64,000 nucleotides of DNA, taken from the NCBI GenBank assembly GCA_050084515.1, contig CM114271.1:35650001-35714000 (forward strand), in the 5' to 3' direction. The notes under the pieces are model-generated. The model saw nothing but the letters and a program-made list of their open reading frames with translations. It was not told the origin of the DNA and did no database searches. The stretch comes from Blasia pusilla (Eukaryota). Every line of letters starts with the position of its first letter. Position 1 is the first letter of the stretch. A program made the translations under genes and the position numbers. Positions 26,401 to 41,500 of this stretch are shown here, piece by piece.

Positions 26401-27254
26401 ACCTCTTTGCCAGACCTTGCTTTTACTGCCAACCACTTCTTCATCCGTCCCTGCAAACCATCCCCCCAAACCGAAACCCATCAAAACCCCGCCCCATTCT
26501 CCCGTCCACCCCAATCTCTGCGCAAATTGAAGCTGTCAAACACGCAATTCCTCCGTGTCTACCTCAAGCTACCGATTCTCACAAATTCAAACTCCCTTCC
26601 CATGCTTTCCTTCAGAAGACTCTAACCAAAACCTGCATCCATTCATCCATCCGTCCCGTAACAACCCCTGAAGGTCCTCAGAGGCATCATCATCCTTCAA
26701 TTATCACAAATTGATGCCATAAGTCCTATCTAGTGAGCTCCGAGCCTCAGCCCATGTCAACTCCATGACAAATAGCCCACAACTGCAAAACTCTGAGCAT
26801 TCATCTCACGGCCCCGCTCCGTCCGTCCATCCATCAATTCATCCCGCAGCAAGCACTGGGTGGAGGTCCCAAGACATCACCATGCGGCAATGATCGAAAC
26901 CGATTCCACAATTCCCCGCGAGCTCGCTCTGAGTTCCAGCGTATGTCAGCTCAATCACAAAACTCTAAACAGTCAGTCAGTCAGTCAGTCAGTCAGCTCA
27001 CGGCTCCGCTCAACCCAAACGCAATTGGCATCACCTTCCGCAGCGGGCGGCGGCGATCCACCGGCGGCCTCACACACAGAGGACACCGACGAGGAGCGGC
27101 AATTCCTCCTCGATCTGTTGCCCCCACCCCACAACTTCAGCTGCGTCCCGCGCGTGGGAAACGCAGCGAGAGAAGGCGCACAATTGAGATTCGCAGCTGC
27201 GGGCACCGCCAGAGCGCAAGGATCGCACACCAGAATGCCGAACACAGGAGCCAT
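23461..27254 (-). CDS. TL20.3: Thylakoid lumenal pentapeptide-repeat protein (TL20.3/At1g12250-like), 7 exons, about 301 aa
   Basis: Exons 27254-27035, 26450-26267, 25995-25966, 24769-24663, 24413-24379, 24016-23888, 23661-23461 join in phase (906 nt). Contains RGEFGVGSAAQYGSADLR, A(D/N)(F/L)xx repeats, and ALCKYASGTNP...SLGCGNSRRNAYGSPSSPLLSAPP. Exon 1-2 junction is the least certain. Confidence 0.92.
26970..26996. repeat. (CAGT)6 microsatellite in intron 1 of the TL20.3-like gene
   Basis: cagtcagtcagtcagtcagtcagtcag read directly. Confidence 0.9.
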
Positions 27255-30200
27255 CGCTGCGGCGGGTACTTAGCTCGATCGCGAGGAGGGCTCAGCTATG
27301 GCCGCGAGCATTAGTTGGGGCTTCCGAGTCCCCTGTTATCTCTCTCTCGCTCTCGCTCTCGAATTTCAGCTCCGGAGAATCGAACTCATAATCACAAGAG
27401 GACTGCGAAGGAAATGTGGATAGATGAGGGGGAGAAAGAGCTTATGATAACGTGGCATGCTGGGGTGCGAGATGAGCTGGCAGCTTCTTATTGGTTCCGA
27501 TTCCAAACCCATAGGGGCATCTCCACCCTACTCTATTATGGTAGGATGGTTTATAACTTTCTAGATTTACAATGAGGTATAATAAAAAAGTATTTGGATA
27601 AATGGATAATAAATTTTTATTTTTTTCAGCATGATTATTCAACCCATTTCAATAATCATACAATGTAACTTTATACTTGCATTTTAAAAATGGAAATATT
27701 AACATAGCAATTAAGGCAATGGTGTGCGGCCCTTTTCCTCACCCCTTCTTAACCCCATCCCCTTATTGATCCGTTTCTAAAAATATTTATAAAGTGTTAA
27801 GAATATAAAAAATAATATTTATAGAATCACACTTCCATGGTCTTGTGGCACAGCTGAAAAATTTTTATTTAAAAATCTCAATATAATTGGGGTCATAAAA
27901 AATATAAAATTGGAATTACATATTCAGAAATACAAAAAATTCCCCGCACTGAAAGTTATGAATATAGTATTTTTAGAGATAATGATATATTTGAAATTTT
28001 TTTCATATGAACATTAAATTTTTTTATTACGTTTTGGTGGTTTATCATATCTGTGTTTTTATGAGCGAGTGTTCTATTGATTTTCGAACATCTCTCCTTT
28101 TGACACTAGGAAATTTTTACCAATAGGATTATGACACTTGTCCTTAAATAACTCGAGGTTTATTTTGGGATTACTTTTATTAAAAGTCAATCATAGGTTC
28201 GGTTTCAATTAGTTAGTGGTAATGATGGTTAACTTAAATTACCCATCATGAACCTATGCATCGCACAAGTGGCCACCAATTGCTTATCACTAGTAATTTG
28301 GTTTCATTAGTAAAAGAGGAATGAGGAGATGTGGATAGATGAGGGCATGGTTGCACACAAACGGACAAATCCTTGGGCACAAAATAGGTCCCTCCCATGT
28401 ATTTCTTACCATATTTTCAAATTATGTTAGTTTTCCCTCCGTTTGCTCACAACAAATTATCCTGAAACTCCTACTAAGACCTTTACTAACCCCCACTAAA
28501 ACCCCTACTAACCCCCTTACAACAACCCCCCAAAGGAGGATAAACAAGGCAAGAGATGAGTAGAAGTGTGAACAATCAGGAGAATGCATGGGGAGCTTAG
28601 CGGCTAGTAGAGAAGAGGTTCATAGAGAGTGAGCACTCGGGATCGGGAAGACCCATATGACTGCTGCTGAGCACCTTCATCCCTTGATTGTTACGAGGAT
28701 AGGAGAGTGTGGGCGACCGGAGTGTATGGAGGTGTTGGATTTCAGGGATCAATATCTAGAGCTCGGGGGAGTTGACGAGAGCCATAGCCCGTTCTCCTGG
28801 AGAGTTGGGGGACTGGCCTGCAGTTTGAATGTTAGCAGATTTGTAGCTTCAGTTTTTGCGGGTTCTTCTTGTGTCTACAGGACTTTGGGGACAGCACCTT
28901 CTTTGCGAGCCACCCCCACATATATCTTCCTTGTCCAGTAGTTTACTTGTGTTGAAGACGCCCAAACCTCAATCTCTACAGATGTAATTTGTAAAATGAA
29001 GAAAATATTCATATCATCAATTCACCTACATCGCTTCTGTTTTCATCAGTATTCGAAGTTTGAAGTTCTTGAACGCACAGGTTTGATGCGCTCTGATGTG
29101 CGTATGGGCATAAATATCCCAGGGGTGGAAACTGAAATCACTTCGCAAGATTGTCGCACTTGTGTGAATTTTTAGGGTAGCGCTCATGTGAGTCTCTAGG
29201 AAACGAGAGAGAATCGTGGAAATTCGAGATAGGATAATAACATCTCGTGGAAAGATCAGTGCATTGTTGCAAATCTTAGATGATGGATGGGTAGTATTTA
29301 ATTTGAAAAACCAATGCTCAACTGATTAGCATACAATGTGGCTGATACGGCATTCGCTCTGCTCCTGACTAGGAACGCTCCGTAGATGTGAACTGCTTTG
29401 GCACTTGGATTAAACATTCCACTCCTTACATGTGATCTGTTGTTTGAGACTAGATTCCACCTGACTATGAACACTGCTAAGATGCTGACAGCATTTTGGA
29501 CTTCGACTATGAACACTCTTTACATGTGAGCTACGTTTGAGATCTGGACTGCATCTGACATATATGAACACTTTTACATGTGAGCTGCATTTGGTAAGAT
29601 CTCCCATATTGGGCAACGCCCCCACCTATCCCAGGGAAAGTTCAGCTTTCTGTGAGTGAGTAGCCTGGCTGCTAGGTTGCCTACAAGTAGTGAGGATGGT
29701 ACCGCTTGGCATTTGAGGACATTTCTCCGGCTGAAGCTTTCCCCGAGTTTGGAGTTGGCTTCAAACCGTTTCTTATGTCGAAAGATACATCGTAAAGCCC
29801 ACTCGGATCCGAGTTGTTGTGAACTCGGAAGTCTCCTGCACATAGACAAGAGGGAGATGAAGTTCCAACCAGATATCCCCGAACATAAGTTCTTTGTTTC
29901 ACCCTTTCTCTGCAGTGGTGGGTTAGACTCCACTCTTGTGGTCATGGGAAGGAGAAGTTGTACAAACAGTAGGCTAAAAAAGTAGGGTAACCAGCATCCT
30001 TGAAAGATTCGGGAAAATGTGGTTTTCGTTTGTGCGACTGGATCTCTGAATTTTGAGAGTTTGTAGAGCTCCAGGTCGGATGTAGTCGGCCATGAAGAGA
30101 ACTGTCTTTTCCACTGCATGAGAGGCAAAGGGCTTTCCTCAAATTGTTGCAGGCTGCTTCCCTCTCATTGAGTGTCACTAGCGAAGCAAGGTGGAAGTAG

Positions 30201-31156
30201 AGAATTTTTAACATTGGTGTCCGCGCAGGCACTAGAGAGAGATGGTAAATCCATCCAGAAAAGTTGGTTTCTGACTACAGCTCTAGTTGCAGTCACTTTT
30301 CTCGATTGCCATGATCAGGTCACCATAAAATCTGCAATCAGTGCAGTTTGAAGTCCCTTGACCGTCTTGTGTCCACGCTGACCAAAAATCATTTCATTCA
30401 TTCTTCTCACGTTGCGGCGTACCCAGATTTTTACATTGCAGCAGAGCTCCTTCGTTACCAGAAAGTACCATCCCACTCTTAGTAATGTCTACGACCCAAC
30501 AGTTTCCTCAGCAGATTAGAAATATTGCTGATCGAAACCCCCAGTCAGCTCCCCTGCTAATCTAACATTGTTGATCGATGCATTTTCTTACTGGCAAGTA
30601 TCAATTTGCTTAAACCAACTCCTCGACTTGCCTCGTTTGTTGAGTAATCCTTTTGCACTCCCAGAATTCCTTTCAGAATCCAGTTTTCAGGCACTTTTGG
30701 ACAGGGAAGTAACCGATCTCTTTACTGCGAAATCATCATTGTTCCTGTCGGGTCTCATTTCTGTGAAGTCTTCGATTGGATCTTATCCAGAAGCAAGCTT
30801 TCTGCACTAAACTTCCTCATTCAAAGGCGTAGCTTACACATTGTAAGGATACAGCTACTCCAGTTCGAATATCAAACAAAAACCTCTCGTGTTTGTTTGT
30901 AACTGCAGGATCTACACAGCTGTCTAGTGATAGTTTGAAAAAGTGGCAGGGCTGTGGATTTCTAAAAGACCCAGTGGATCATTGAATTTTACGCCACCAA
31001 CCCCTACTGCATAGCCACATCTCTGTTGCCAAAATGCCAATCATTACTCCAATAAATTGTAGGGCTGCAGTAGTTTACCCTAAAAGGAGAAGTCGTAAAT
31101 CTGGAATTGAATCAGTATGTGGGTGGAATCTAACTACAGGCTTGGGAGAACGAGGT

Positions 31157-34100
31157 TTACACACGATGTGTGGGCACCGGCACTGGATGGGCAGGCTTTT
31201 GACTAACACGCACAGAGCGCTGGCGCTGAGAACTCCCGGAATGAATGCGCCGGGTCTCCTTCGACATCGTACTGTGTCTGATACCATATACGGCATAGAT
31301 GAACAATCCCAAAGCAAGCCACACAGATACTCGAATCCAGGTCCACATCCTGCGAACGAGCGTCGAGTGTTAGAAAGTCTCACATCCAGCTGTTATTGAT
31401 TCATACCATGCATCAACTGCTTTTCTTACACTACATTCCACTTCTCTCAGAATGATAACTGGAGTGATCAGACCCTAAACGCCCTGTTCAGCAGGTTTCC
31501 TGAGCTCGTTCCCTTAATCCTTTAGGAGGAAACCACATTTGTGATCAGACAATTATCGTCCTGTCCAGCAGGTGAGTATAACCATCCTTTCCTGAGCTCG
31601 TTCCCTTGATCCCTAGGGAGGAAACCACATCTGTAGTTTACAAAGACTAACGATCTTCATTTCAAGCATGCTAGCAATCCCCCATGGAACGAGCCAAACG
31701 CTAGAGACTTACTCCAAATTTACCAACAGATACACATTGATGAAGATTGAAGCAACAGGTAACACAGGAACCCAGGGACATTGGAAACCTGCAATTCAAT
31801 GAGCATCCATAGACACAGCTACAGTGTCAGTATGTATACACACTCCATTTGCGCTAGTCACAGATTTCAGAATTAGCACTGATCAACTGTAAGCATAACA
31901 CACGTGCTACAATGGCTGGGTTTAACCCTTTGGACGGGTGCTTGCATTTGGAATGTCAGTTGTTTAAATAAACACGCTCTTCTGACGAAAAATGACGAAA
32001 AATGACGAGCAATTCAATACGAAGTTCGGGGTTATTGAAAGATAACAAACTGCTGGAAGAGACCATGGACTACCTCCTGAGTCACCAAATTTATGGCGGC
32101 CTTCATCTTGTTCTATCAAAGATAGAATGATTATCCCAGCAAGAAGACCAAGGCAACCAAACCCCATCATCCCCCATTTAATAAACCTGAAGAGTAACAG
32201 TCACCAAAAATGAGCCTCTGTTTCCATAATGGATGCTTCAGGTGAATAAATTCATCAGCCTACGGCAGAGAATGATGCACATACAGAATCAATCTCAATG
32301 TTCCTCTCATCCCTCGACATATCAATTATCGTTCCTCAAATTCCTTTTTAACAAGTATCTCCAGATTCCAGATGCAAGAAAAGAATATGGAAATCGGTAT
32401 GTAAGATGGAAACGCACAGCAAAAACAAGGGACTTGATGGGTCTATGGGAAACAAATCCAAAAAAACAAAAAACAAAAAAGAGTTTGATAATAGAAAGAA
32501 GGTGAACTTCTTCCCAAATACAAGAGTTTGGTAATAGTTGAAAGGTGAGCTTCTTCCCACTCATAATTGAATGGGAACTTTATTCGGGCAGCAAGAGAAG
32601 TCAAGTAAAGGGTTCTTCCCCAGTTTACCTCGGAAAGTCGAGAGAAAAACCGACACTGAACAGCAGTACCCCAACAAGGACAGATCCAATGCCAAGAGCA
32701 GCAGCCCATCGGCGTGCTTCTTCCCTTGTCATTTCTGCAAGGATCACAACTTTCACTATCAATCATTACAATTACTTCTGCGGCTCCGTTGTACGTAGAG
32801 AAGATCCCCAAGGTCAATTGCAGTTTCACCACATGATCTTGATTGAAAAGAGCCCTTAACGTACTGAAGACTAGTTGGAATTCAGCCAGTTTTAGCATGC
32901 TGCAGAAATTCAACTGGGTCATTTGTCCACGCTCATCAGCTACATTCTGAAGTTTCGAATATTTTGACCTAGTTTAAATTCCTGACAAGTGTAATTTTCT
33001 TATTCCAGCGACATCTTTCACCCTAACTTCATTTAAGTGAAAGACTGCCTCCCTCTGTATTACGCTCTTGTTGCCAAGGACTATCCTCATGTCCCAAATA
33101 CAAAAAGCCTCATTTTGAAGTGAAAAGAAGAGAAGAAACCTCAGAATCGATCTATTGCAAACTCACACTGGAAGATAGACAGGACAGTAACATCAAGTAC
33201 CTGGGATTGGGGACACCATTGGAAGTAGTGGGTCCTGAAGGTTGCTCTCCGATATCTTTGTTATATCTGAGATGTGACTTTCGTCATCAGAACTGGCACC
33301 TGAATCCGATGAATCTTCAAAGTTTTGCAAGAATGACGGCATTGATGACATGGAGGACTCTGACAGCAGCGAAATAACTGGAGAGAAATAGCTTGGCCTT
33401 CTCGCCAACATGGCCAGAAAGGTTGGCTGTTTTTGGGGTGCTTCCTCCACAGCTGCAATCTGTGCCTGGGTTGACGTAGCGATTTGTTGAGGAGCAGCCT
33501 CGGTAACAGTGACAGGATCCTCAGGTGGAGCGAATCTCAGTATCAGTATAGACACCCCCACAATAGTGAAAGCGAATAGTGTACCCACACTGACCTGTAG
33601 TTCACAAGAAGAGCACAGACCAAGAATCTTACTCTCGGATCTATATAACCTTGCAACTCTGAGCTCAGTTTTCTCAAGCGGCGGTTTAAGAAATTACGCA
33701 GAACAAAAAAGGGCGGAATAAAATTACATACTTCGTATGAAGACACAAGGGGGCAAGGAGCTTGTAGTTTTTCCTGAACTATAAGAATTCTTTCCAGAAG
33801 TCGTGACAGAGAAAATGAAACCATTTCAATTTCCTCTGAAAGCCATGTTAAAAACAGTTGCTTGGGTTACCCCAAGAGGAATGATTACTTTCCATGTTAA
33901 AAACCGGGCAGATTTGCAGATGTGAGAAGGAGAATTTCAGACAACAAGACCAAATTCAAGATGCTAGAAACCATCAAAGGTGCCGGACACAGTACACAGG
34001 CTAGACTTCCAATGTGATGACACCCTCAACCAAAACTATATCTGAGAGAACTGTTGAGACACACTAAAGATAGATGTGCGTTAGACAAAATTTACCACTG

Positions 34101-37100
34101 GAAGATGTTCTCACCATTCCAGCTAGCTGGTCCACGTCCATTGAGAAGGCCATAACCGATGCTACTAGTCCAGAAATAAGTGTCCCGTTAACTGGCACTT
34201 TAGTGGCCCTGTTTATTCGCGAAAAGAACCGTGGTAGTAGTCCATCCCTTGCCATTGCCATCAGTATTCTAGGCTGCATGAGCAGCAAAGCAAGTTGAGC
34301 TTACACAACGTCAGATTAAGTTATTATCCAAGTTTCCGATGTACTCGTTCGGCTATACCAAAGAGCAGACAGGAAGGAGTTCGAAGCAAGGTTTGAGAAA
34401 GTAGTTACTCTGATCAGATTACTCGTGTTCTTCATTCTTCATAAATATTGAAAGAAGACGATGGACTATGAGTATTGTTCCGTTTAATGAAACTCACAAA
34501 CCTGTGGTAGAAGGGACCCCATCAAAGTTGTAGACAAAGCTGCCACTGCACCAGCCGTCACTATGTACCTGAACGTAAACGACAGTGCACAGTTAAAAAA
34601 AATTCTTGGTTGTTGTCACCCAAATTGAGTAAGCTTTCCAGGTAGAAAAGTGAGCTTCTCTGCTATCATCTGTACTGTAGATCATCTACCCATGTAAATT
34701 CCACAAAAGGCATTGATCAGATATCAGCCGCATTCAAACACAATGTTAGGTGAATCTTGTTAACATCTTCCATATCTGAAAATAAAATTTAAAACCTGGA
34801 GGACTCTGCCAGATATCCGAACATTAATCCATATAGCAAAAGAGGCAGATATCAAATTTCCACACAGCACTTTCAGACTTTCAGTTAGCATGGGATCAAG
34901 AGTCTGCTTACATAGCCCAAGGCATGCCTGTACTGGAGAATGCACTTGACATAGGAGTGTCAGGGTCCATCATGTCGTAAGGAACAAGGCCCACAATTAC
35001 CACTGACACCATCATGTAGAGGGTGCTGCAAATCAAAAGAGAAAGAGCTATGCCCCAGGGCAAATCACTTTGTGGGTTCTTGACCTGCAAAATTTTCATT
35101 CACAAGGTGAGGTCATGCACTAGCTTGTAAGGTTGGGAAGTAAGGGATCCTAGCATTTTACGATATATATCTACATGGACGATTACCAAACAACATCACA
35201 AATTTAAAAGTACCGACTTGAGGTCACTCTTATTAATCCACTAACCTAAGTAATGCAATCTTTATTTCCTTCTTGAGCCAACACGTATTTTGAGTGGACA
35301 GGATGTTCAATTGGTTAAACCCCAAGAATCTATGTCTTTCAGTACCCTTGCAATGACTGGTGTAAAGATGAGCATCCAGACCTCTTCTGCTGTGCTGGCA
35401 ACCGTGTCAAAACCAATGTAAGCAAAGAACAGAGTGGCTGCACCTCCAAGCACACCATTGACTCCATATGGCAGATACCTGCAACATGAACCACACGGGC
35501 TGCCTTATTCTCTCCTCAAAGGTTTGTGGGAATCCGTCGCTACACCTTAGCCATTGGGAGGAAAGACGCTATGGATAAAAGAGGAGGGATGACCCACCAA
35601 GAACAAAAAAATAAAGGAGACCCGAAGAGTCAACCAGATCCAAGGCCACGACCGGCTGAGGTGGAAAGAAAGACTGGGAAACATGTGCCAATTAATTTCA
35701 CCCACAATAGAAAGAATATCACCTAAAACAGAGGAAATCTGACTATTAGAAAGAGGACCTCTAGCAGTGGCGTCTTCCACGGCCTGAGCGTGCCTCAAAA
35801 GCTCATTAGCCTGGGCACGCTGCAACACAATGGAGAAACGCTCTGCAATATAGAAGAGCAGTATCATGAGACAATCCATTTCTCACACAGAAAAGTTGAA
35901 CGCACCGGAAGAGGTGTTCAAGTTGTCTTCACATAAAGAACTTTCTACCAAATGACTCATACCTATCGGCAGGGATCCCCATAAAATTGTATACCATTCG
36001 TTTTTTTTTGGGAAGAATTGCATGCCATTCATTGATTTGTGGGGGCCTGTAGTTTGCAACACCGGTTCTACAGTCCTGGTTACGGACAGATGCGTTCTCA
36101 TCCGCTGCTAGATCGGTGTATGGCAGTACTTTTTAACAGACATCAACTGAAGATTTTGGGAAGCTTCTAAACAATTGGCCACACAATCAAATGAATGAAT
36201 GCAAGAGGCAATACCCAGACTGCTGACCATATCCTTGCCAACCAGTTCGGAACCCAGAATACGAGCCGGCCCCGACCACGAACAGAAGAACGAGCACGTT
36301 GGCCATTGTCATGACTGTCTGCACCGCTGCACTCTGCGTATTCACAAACAAGCGATTGAATTTCATCTTGATGAACTCCTGATCTGCATTTCGAGGATTT
36401 AGTGCCCCAAAACAGGAAGCATGTCTCGTCTGGAAATCTCACAATCCTATGAGGAGCAATGGTCATATCTCAATTCGATCTGACCCGCTCCCGTGGTGAC
36501 ACACTTATTTGATCGAAGTTCAATGGTGAAAATTCCATGGAGTCTTTGTCCATATTCGAAAGCCGCACACTTAAACACAGAGCAGAGCAAACCGAACAGA
36601 AGATCTAGCAAAGCATTGCGAAAGAACTCGGCTGTACGTTGAGGACACAAACCTCTCTAATGCCGATGCATAGGAGTACGGTTACGACCAGCACAAGGAG
36701 ACCAGCACATGGATCGACCACAATGCCATTCAGCTCTCTTCTGATCAGCCAAGACGGAAGCTTATCTACCCCTCCGAAGAAGATTGCCTGCACAGATGCA
36801 CTGCTCACAGTCAGTCCCTAGACAACTGTTGGAGCCGCTAAAAAATTTCCGGAACAATTGAAAGCAACAACCCTCTCCTTTCCGATGCGCACAGACCAGA
36901 TTCGGGGATATTCCTCGTGCGACTGTTGAACCACCCACGGTATACTCCAGAATAAGCGCCCAGCCGATCATCCATGCCAAGCTGTCGAACAATGAGAGAT
37001 TCAGCTAGTGGTCGTGAATCGAAATGTACGTGCGCGAGAAGATGTAACTGGAATTGCACGACGCACGAACTCTGGAACCAGAGAAAACATGGCTAAAAAT

Positions 37101-38509
37101 GCAGCAGAATTCAAGAAAAAAACGTGAGCTCGAAACTTGAGCAACCACGGCGTCCAGAATCGAAGGGCGGGAGAAGCATGCACGGACGGTAATCGCTATT
37201 CGAGAATGTGGTCAACAGCTACGATCTTATCGCCGAACCTCCTCTCAGTTACAATTGGTAATTGTAAGTCTCCCCGACGAAATACGCAAGGACACCAATA
37301 TGAACCTCAAAGAGTTCAGCTCACGAATCGCGCCTTCATCGATGGCAGGAGCGCTTACCCCTCTCCAACGCAGGTGTAGGCATAGTGATATGCGCTCCCG
37401 GCAGAAGGACACCTGCTTGCGAGCTCGGCATAGCACAGAGCCGAAAGAGCTGCAGCGATACCGGCGATCAGGAAAGAGAACGGAAGCGCTGGGCCAACCT
37501 TCTCCCTCGCCACAGTACCCACAAGAACGTAAACGCCTGCTCCAATTGTCGATCCAACACCTGACAACACGCCCCACTTCATTCAGTACAGACTCTCGAG
37601 TCGGAGTAGGGAGAATGGACAGGAATTCTAGACACCGGGGGTTCTAACTATGGCACGATCTCAAGAGATAATGATCGGAGTCCAGATTCAAGGCCCGCAA
37701 CTCGCAATCGATCGAGCGTGATAAGAAACCCTCGCCTACTGCCTCGACCAGCGACCGTCAAGAAAAACTTACAGCCTCACTCGTACAGAGACCTACAGAT
37801 GCATCACACGATTGCTCTGTAATCACAATTTGCCTTTCCGAGGGAATTTGCATGCATCTAAAGCTGGCAAAGCAGAAGGATCCTTGAGAGCAAAGACGCG
37901 GAGCGATTTCGGGAGTGGAAGTAAAATGACCACCACGCCATCAACGGAACTTCCCGGCGCTAAGTGAACGCTTCCGAAACAGCAGGACAAGACATCCCAA
38001 ATCAGCAACCTTCAGAGCGACAAAAGACGAGTTCCCTAAATGAATCCGCGAAGCCCTTCAATCTCCTGTCCTATACACCGACTTGCAGTTGTCGCTCCAG
38101 CAAGCGTTCTACGTCTACTCATCCCCAGATTCCGGCGACATCGAAGTCGCAATCCTCTTCGCGAAAGCACACGATTCCCAGCATCCGGTGGTGAAAAAGA
38201 TCAGTTGACCTCCGGTACAGTTCAGAGTATGATAAGAGACGAGGATTACACCTCTACCTCACGTCACTGGCATCACAGGAACGGTGAGGACAAACACTAC
38301 AGAAGGACAAGGTATGGTTACAGCGCGGCGTCGTGAGGGGGGCAAATTATCCATGAAACTCTCATCACACAGGAAAATTGGCAATGTGATCGATGCACAC
38401 CGATTGGAACCAGCTGAATTGCTGTGAGATGGCGGTGCAGTTGGTGTGCAGCGCGGGGGAGATTCACGGTCTTCCGTCTCCAAATTCTTGAAAGCCCCTC
38501 AGAGCCCAT
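31157..38509 (-). CDS. CAT: Cationic amino acid transporter (APC superfamily, CAT2/3/4-like), 14 exons, about 675 aa
   Basis: GT-AG exons 38509-38401, 37560-37359, 36981-36897, 36787-36653, 36333-36215, 35478-35382, 35084-34912, 34568-34502, 34273-34115, 33594-33201, 32734-32629, 32186-32074, 31788-31713, 31349-31157 join in phase (2028 nt). Motifs [65 protein letters not shown]. Confidence 0.95.
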
Positions 38510-41500
38510 GTTGTCTGTAGTGGTAGAAAAGGCAGTGGTCGCCACCGACTCAACTCCTCTCTTCTCCACTCCACTCCGCTGCCACCTCTCTCTCCTCTCC
38601 GTCGTCCCCTCTCCTGTACTCCTCTCTCTCTCCCCTACCCTCGTGTCTCCTCAGCAGTCAAATCGTTCCCCGGTCATCGAAGCGCATCTACGTCGTTGAC
38701 AGAAGCCCAACACAGTCTCCCCAGGCTTTTCGTCCGTCCATCGGTGAAGAGAAGAAATCATCGGTGTGAGACGAGAAAAATCGGGTAACCTATCAGGCGG
38801 GCTGCGAGGCCCGACCTGCGATCAACTTCGCTGAGCTGAGATAGAACCGTTGAGCGACCGTCGACGGGAGCGATCGAAAGGAAGATCGTTCAGGCTAGCT
38901 CCAAGGACAACACGGCCGAATTGCGTTATTAAAGAGGTCGCGCTCGAAGATGAGCGAGAGCAGCTCGGGGACGTGACACTGTGCATAGAGTACCCTGCCG
39001 ATTTAAAGGGGCCAAGAAGCCCCCCAGCGATTCCGTGTGCGCCAATCTACGGCGCCCCTGGACGGCATGAATGAAGCACAATGGTGCGCCAAAATATCGG
39101 TCGAACTCCCAGCCTCCACAGATCCCCGAGGGCCGCTCGAAAACGGCGATCCGATCCCCTGCTCCGTGGGCCCGACCATGCAGTACTCTCAGACTACGTA
39201 GACTCCGTCGCTGTTTTCGCCTCTCTCACTGAGATTACCAGCTGGATAGTAGGCAGGCAGTTGAGCAGGGCGGCCCCGGCGATTGGAACCGACGATCCCG
39301 CGGCCCCGAGGACTGGGGGTACGAGCGCGGTGCGTACATAGGAAAGGAGCCGATGGAGCTGGTCCACTCCCGAGTCCAGACGCGCACTTTGGGGCTGCCC
39401 GACAGGAGCTTACGCGAAAACGCGCCGCGCGGTGGGCCCCCCCCTCTTCAAAGTTCACAATGATCTTCCCTCGGCTCCCCCCCGGGGAGTCCTCCCATCC
39501 GCGACTCTCCAATGCCACAAGCGCGTCTCACAATCATGGCCGTCCCAATCATCGGGTCGTCGACAATCGGAAACGTGCCCCCGCCGGCCGCTCGCTCATA
39601 TGTTCAGCCCCCCGACCCAGCGGTGAGAGAGACTCGCTGCACACGTCCGCGACGGATTTGTTCCATCGCCGGTGTACGTTTCCTCCACAGATTTCCGCAC
39701 CGGAATTAGAAAGAAGCCTCTGGAGTGAGCAACGATCCATTCTCCCGCAGACTTCAATACCGAAATCCGAAATAAGTTTATGTTAAATAAAGGACGCTGT
39801 CTCATCGTTCCTCGTCGTGGTCGGAACACGTTTCCAAAGACGGAGCCCGTGGAACTACTACTACGCACTCCTCCTAAAAAAATCATCCGGGCAGATCTTA
39901 GCGGAGTATTATCATCACTTACCCTCACACGAAAGCCGCCTCGCTTGTTCATCCTCCATCGTCTTCCTAGTCAGCTTGGCTGATGTCTGAACGATCCAAA
40001 CACCACGGTGAACCCGGCAGGAAGAACTGGAAGTGGATCGATCCATGACTGAAGGGGATGAAGCTGGGGAGTACTTTGGTGATCGATCCATTCGCTCTCT
40101 GTGTCCGTTTTGCTGTCAGGGTCCAGAGTCCAGACGTCTAGCGACGACGAAAATTTCGCATGAAAACAGAGAGACGTACACGACAAGGATTACTGCTCAA
40201 CGGCATGTGATCCCTGTTCCGGATATTGGAGCCATTCATTACCTGTGTTTTCTGGAACATCCGTTCAATCCAGGTCTTGATTACCGAGCGATGTTCCGGA
40301 GCGATGAATTTCACATCTTCACAAGTTTCCGCTCGCCCCGCTACATCGAAAAAAGTGTCGCCATATCCGTAGCCCCGGTGGACTCTTGACAGCGTGCCAT
40401 TTCCGAAACGGCCTGCTCAGCCTCCGTGAGTCAGTGCTCAAAGGTCGGAATCGAAGGCCTCGAATATGCAACCCATCAGGGTCAGATTCTTACCGCGCAC
40501 GCAGATATCGAACGCAGCGCAGCCGACAAGCTTTGAGGGAACCTGACGGGATTACCGAGTACAGGAAGGCCACCGCGGCTCCAAGAAATCGCTCGCATAT
40601 CACACAAGACTGCGCGGAAAAAGATATCGGGAGCAATAATCAATAATCAAACAAAGCTATTCATTGCTCTGAAACAGCGGAAGGAAGCTCTTCAAAAGGA
40701 AAAGGAGTTAGAGAAGTCAAAACTCCTTTTCAAACCGACCGCGCAGCGCCACCCCACGCCCAATGATCAGGGAGATCCGGGCTAACAATTACGGAAAATC
40801 ACAAATATCAGTTTCGTTTAAAATTGCCCCGGGAAAAAGGGTTTTTCTTTGTAAGAGGTATCTGCAAACCGGTTCGAGTTCCAGACAATGGAATACCGGT
40901 TACCGTTCAAAACTCCCCGGACCCTGCCAACGCACGTTCTTGGCCGGGGACTCGTCGGAAAGTGAATTAGGGTGGGGTTAGGACTGCGTAGTTAACACAT
41001 CTCCACTTTGTTATATACGAAACTAGTCTGAGCATCCTTTCAAATTTTTTATAACTATTATTTATACTATATAAATAATAGTCTTTTTAATCCAGAAGAT
41101 CATATGTGGATAAGGGGGTATTCAAGTAGCGGGCGGTCAGTCAGTATTTAGGGGTGGGGTGGGGAACATGGAAGGGACACTGCATCTATGGTTAGGACCC
41201 TTCACTTCCATAACTAGTAAGGACCGGTGAAATAGATATCCTACCTAAAATTGAGGTTTCCAAGCACATATTATCATAAGATGTTGCCATTGGTGCATTA
41301 GAACTAAATTCATTGATATTGAGGGTGAGTTTGGCTCACTTGCTACATAAAAAAAACCATTTTTTCCAAAAAATAATTTCATAGAAAGATCAAAGGGCCT
41401 TAAAAACATAAAATTACTTTAAAAAAATATATGCAATATCAAGAAGCTCTCGAGAAAACCACCTCAAAAAGACATATATATATATATACATATCACAAAG

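Noticed and set aside
28624-28636. AGAGAGTGAGCAC matches the 3' part of miR156
   Set aside because: Only 13 nt match, the 5' end differs, and I see no complementary arm.
29574-30128. 184-aa minus-strand ORF downstream of CAT
   Set aside because: No homology recognised; probably within a long 3'UTR.
31497-32560. Short direct duplications (about 47 and 38 bp) in CAT introns
   Set aside because: Ordinary local slippage duplications with no sign of function.
38700-40980. Many short ORFs upstream of CAT
   Set aside because: Expected from high GC content; none resembles a known protein. Likely promoter or 5'UTR.
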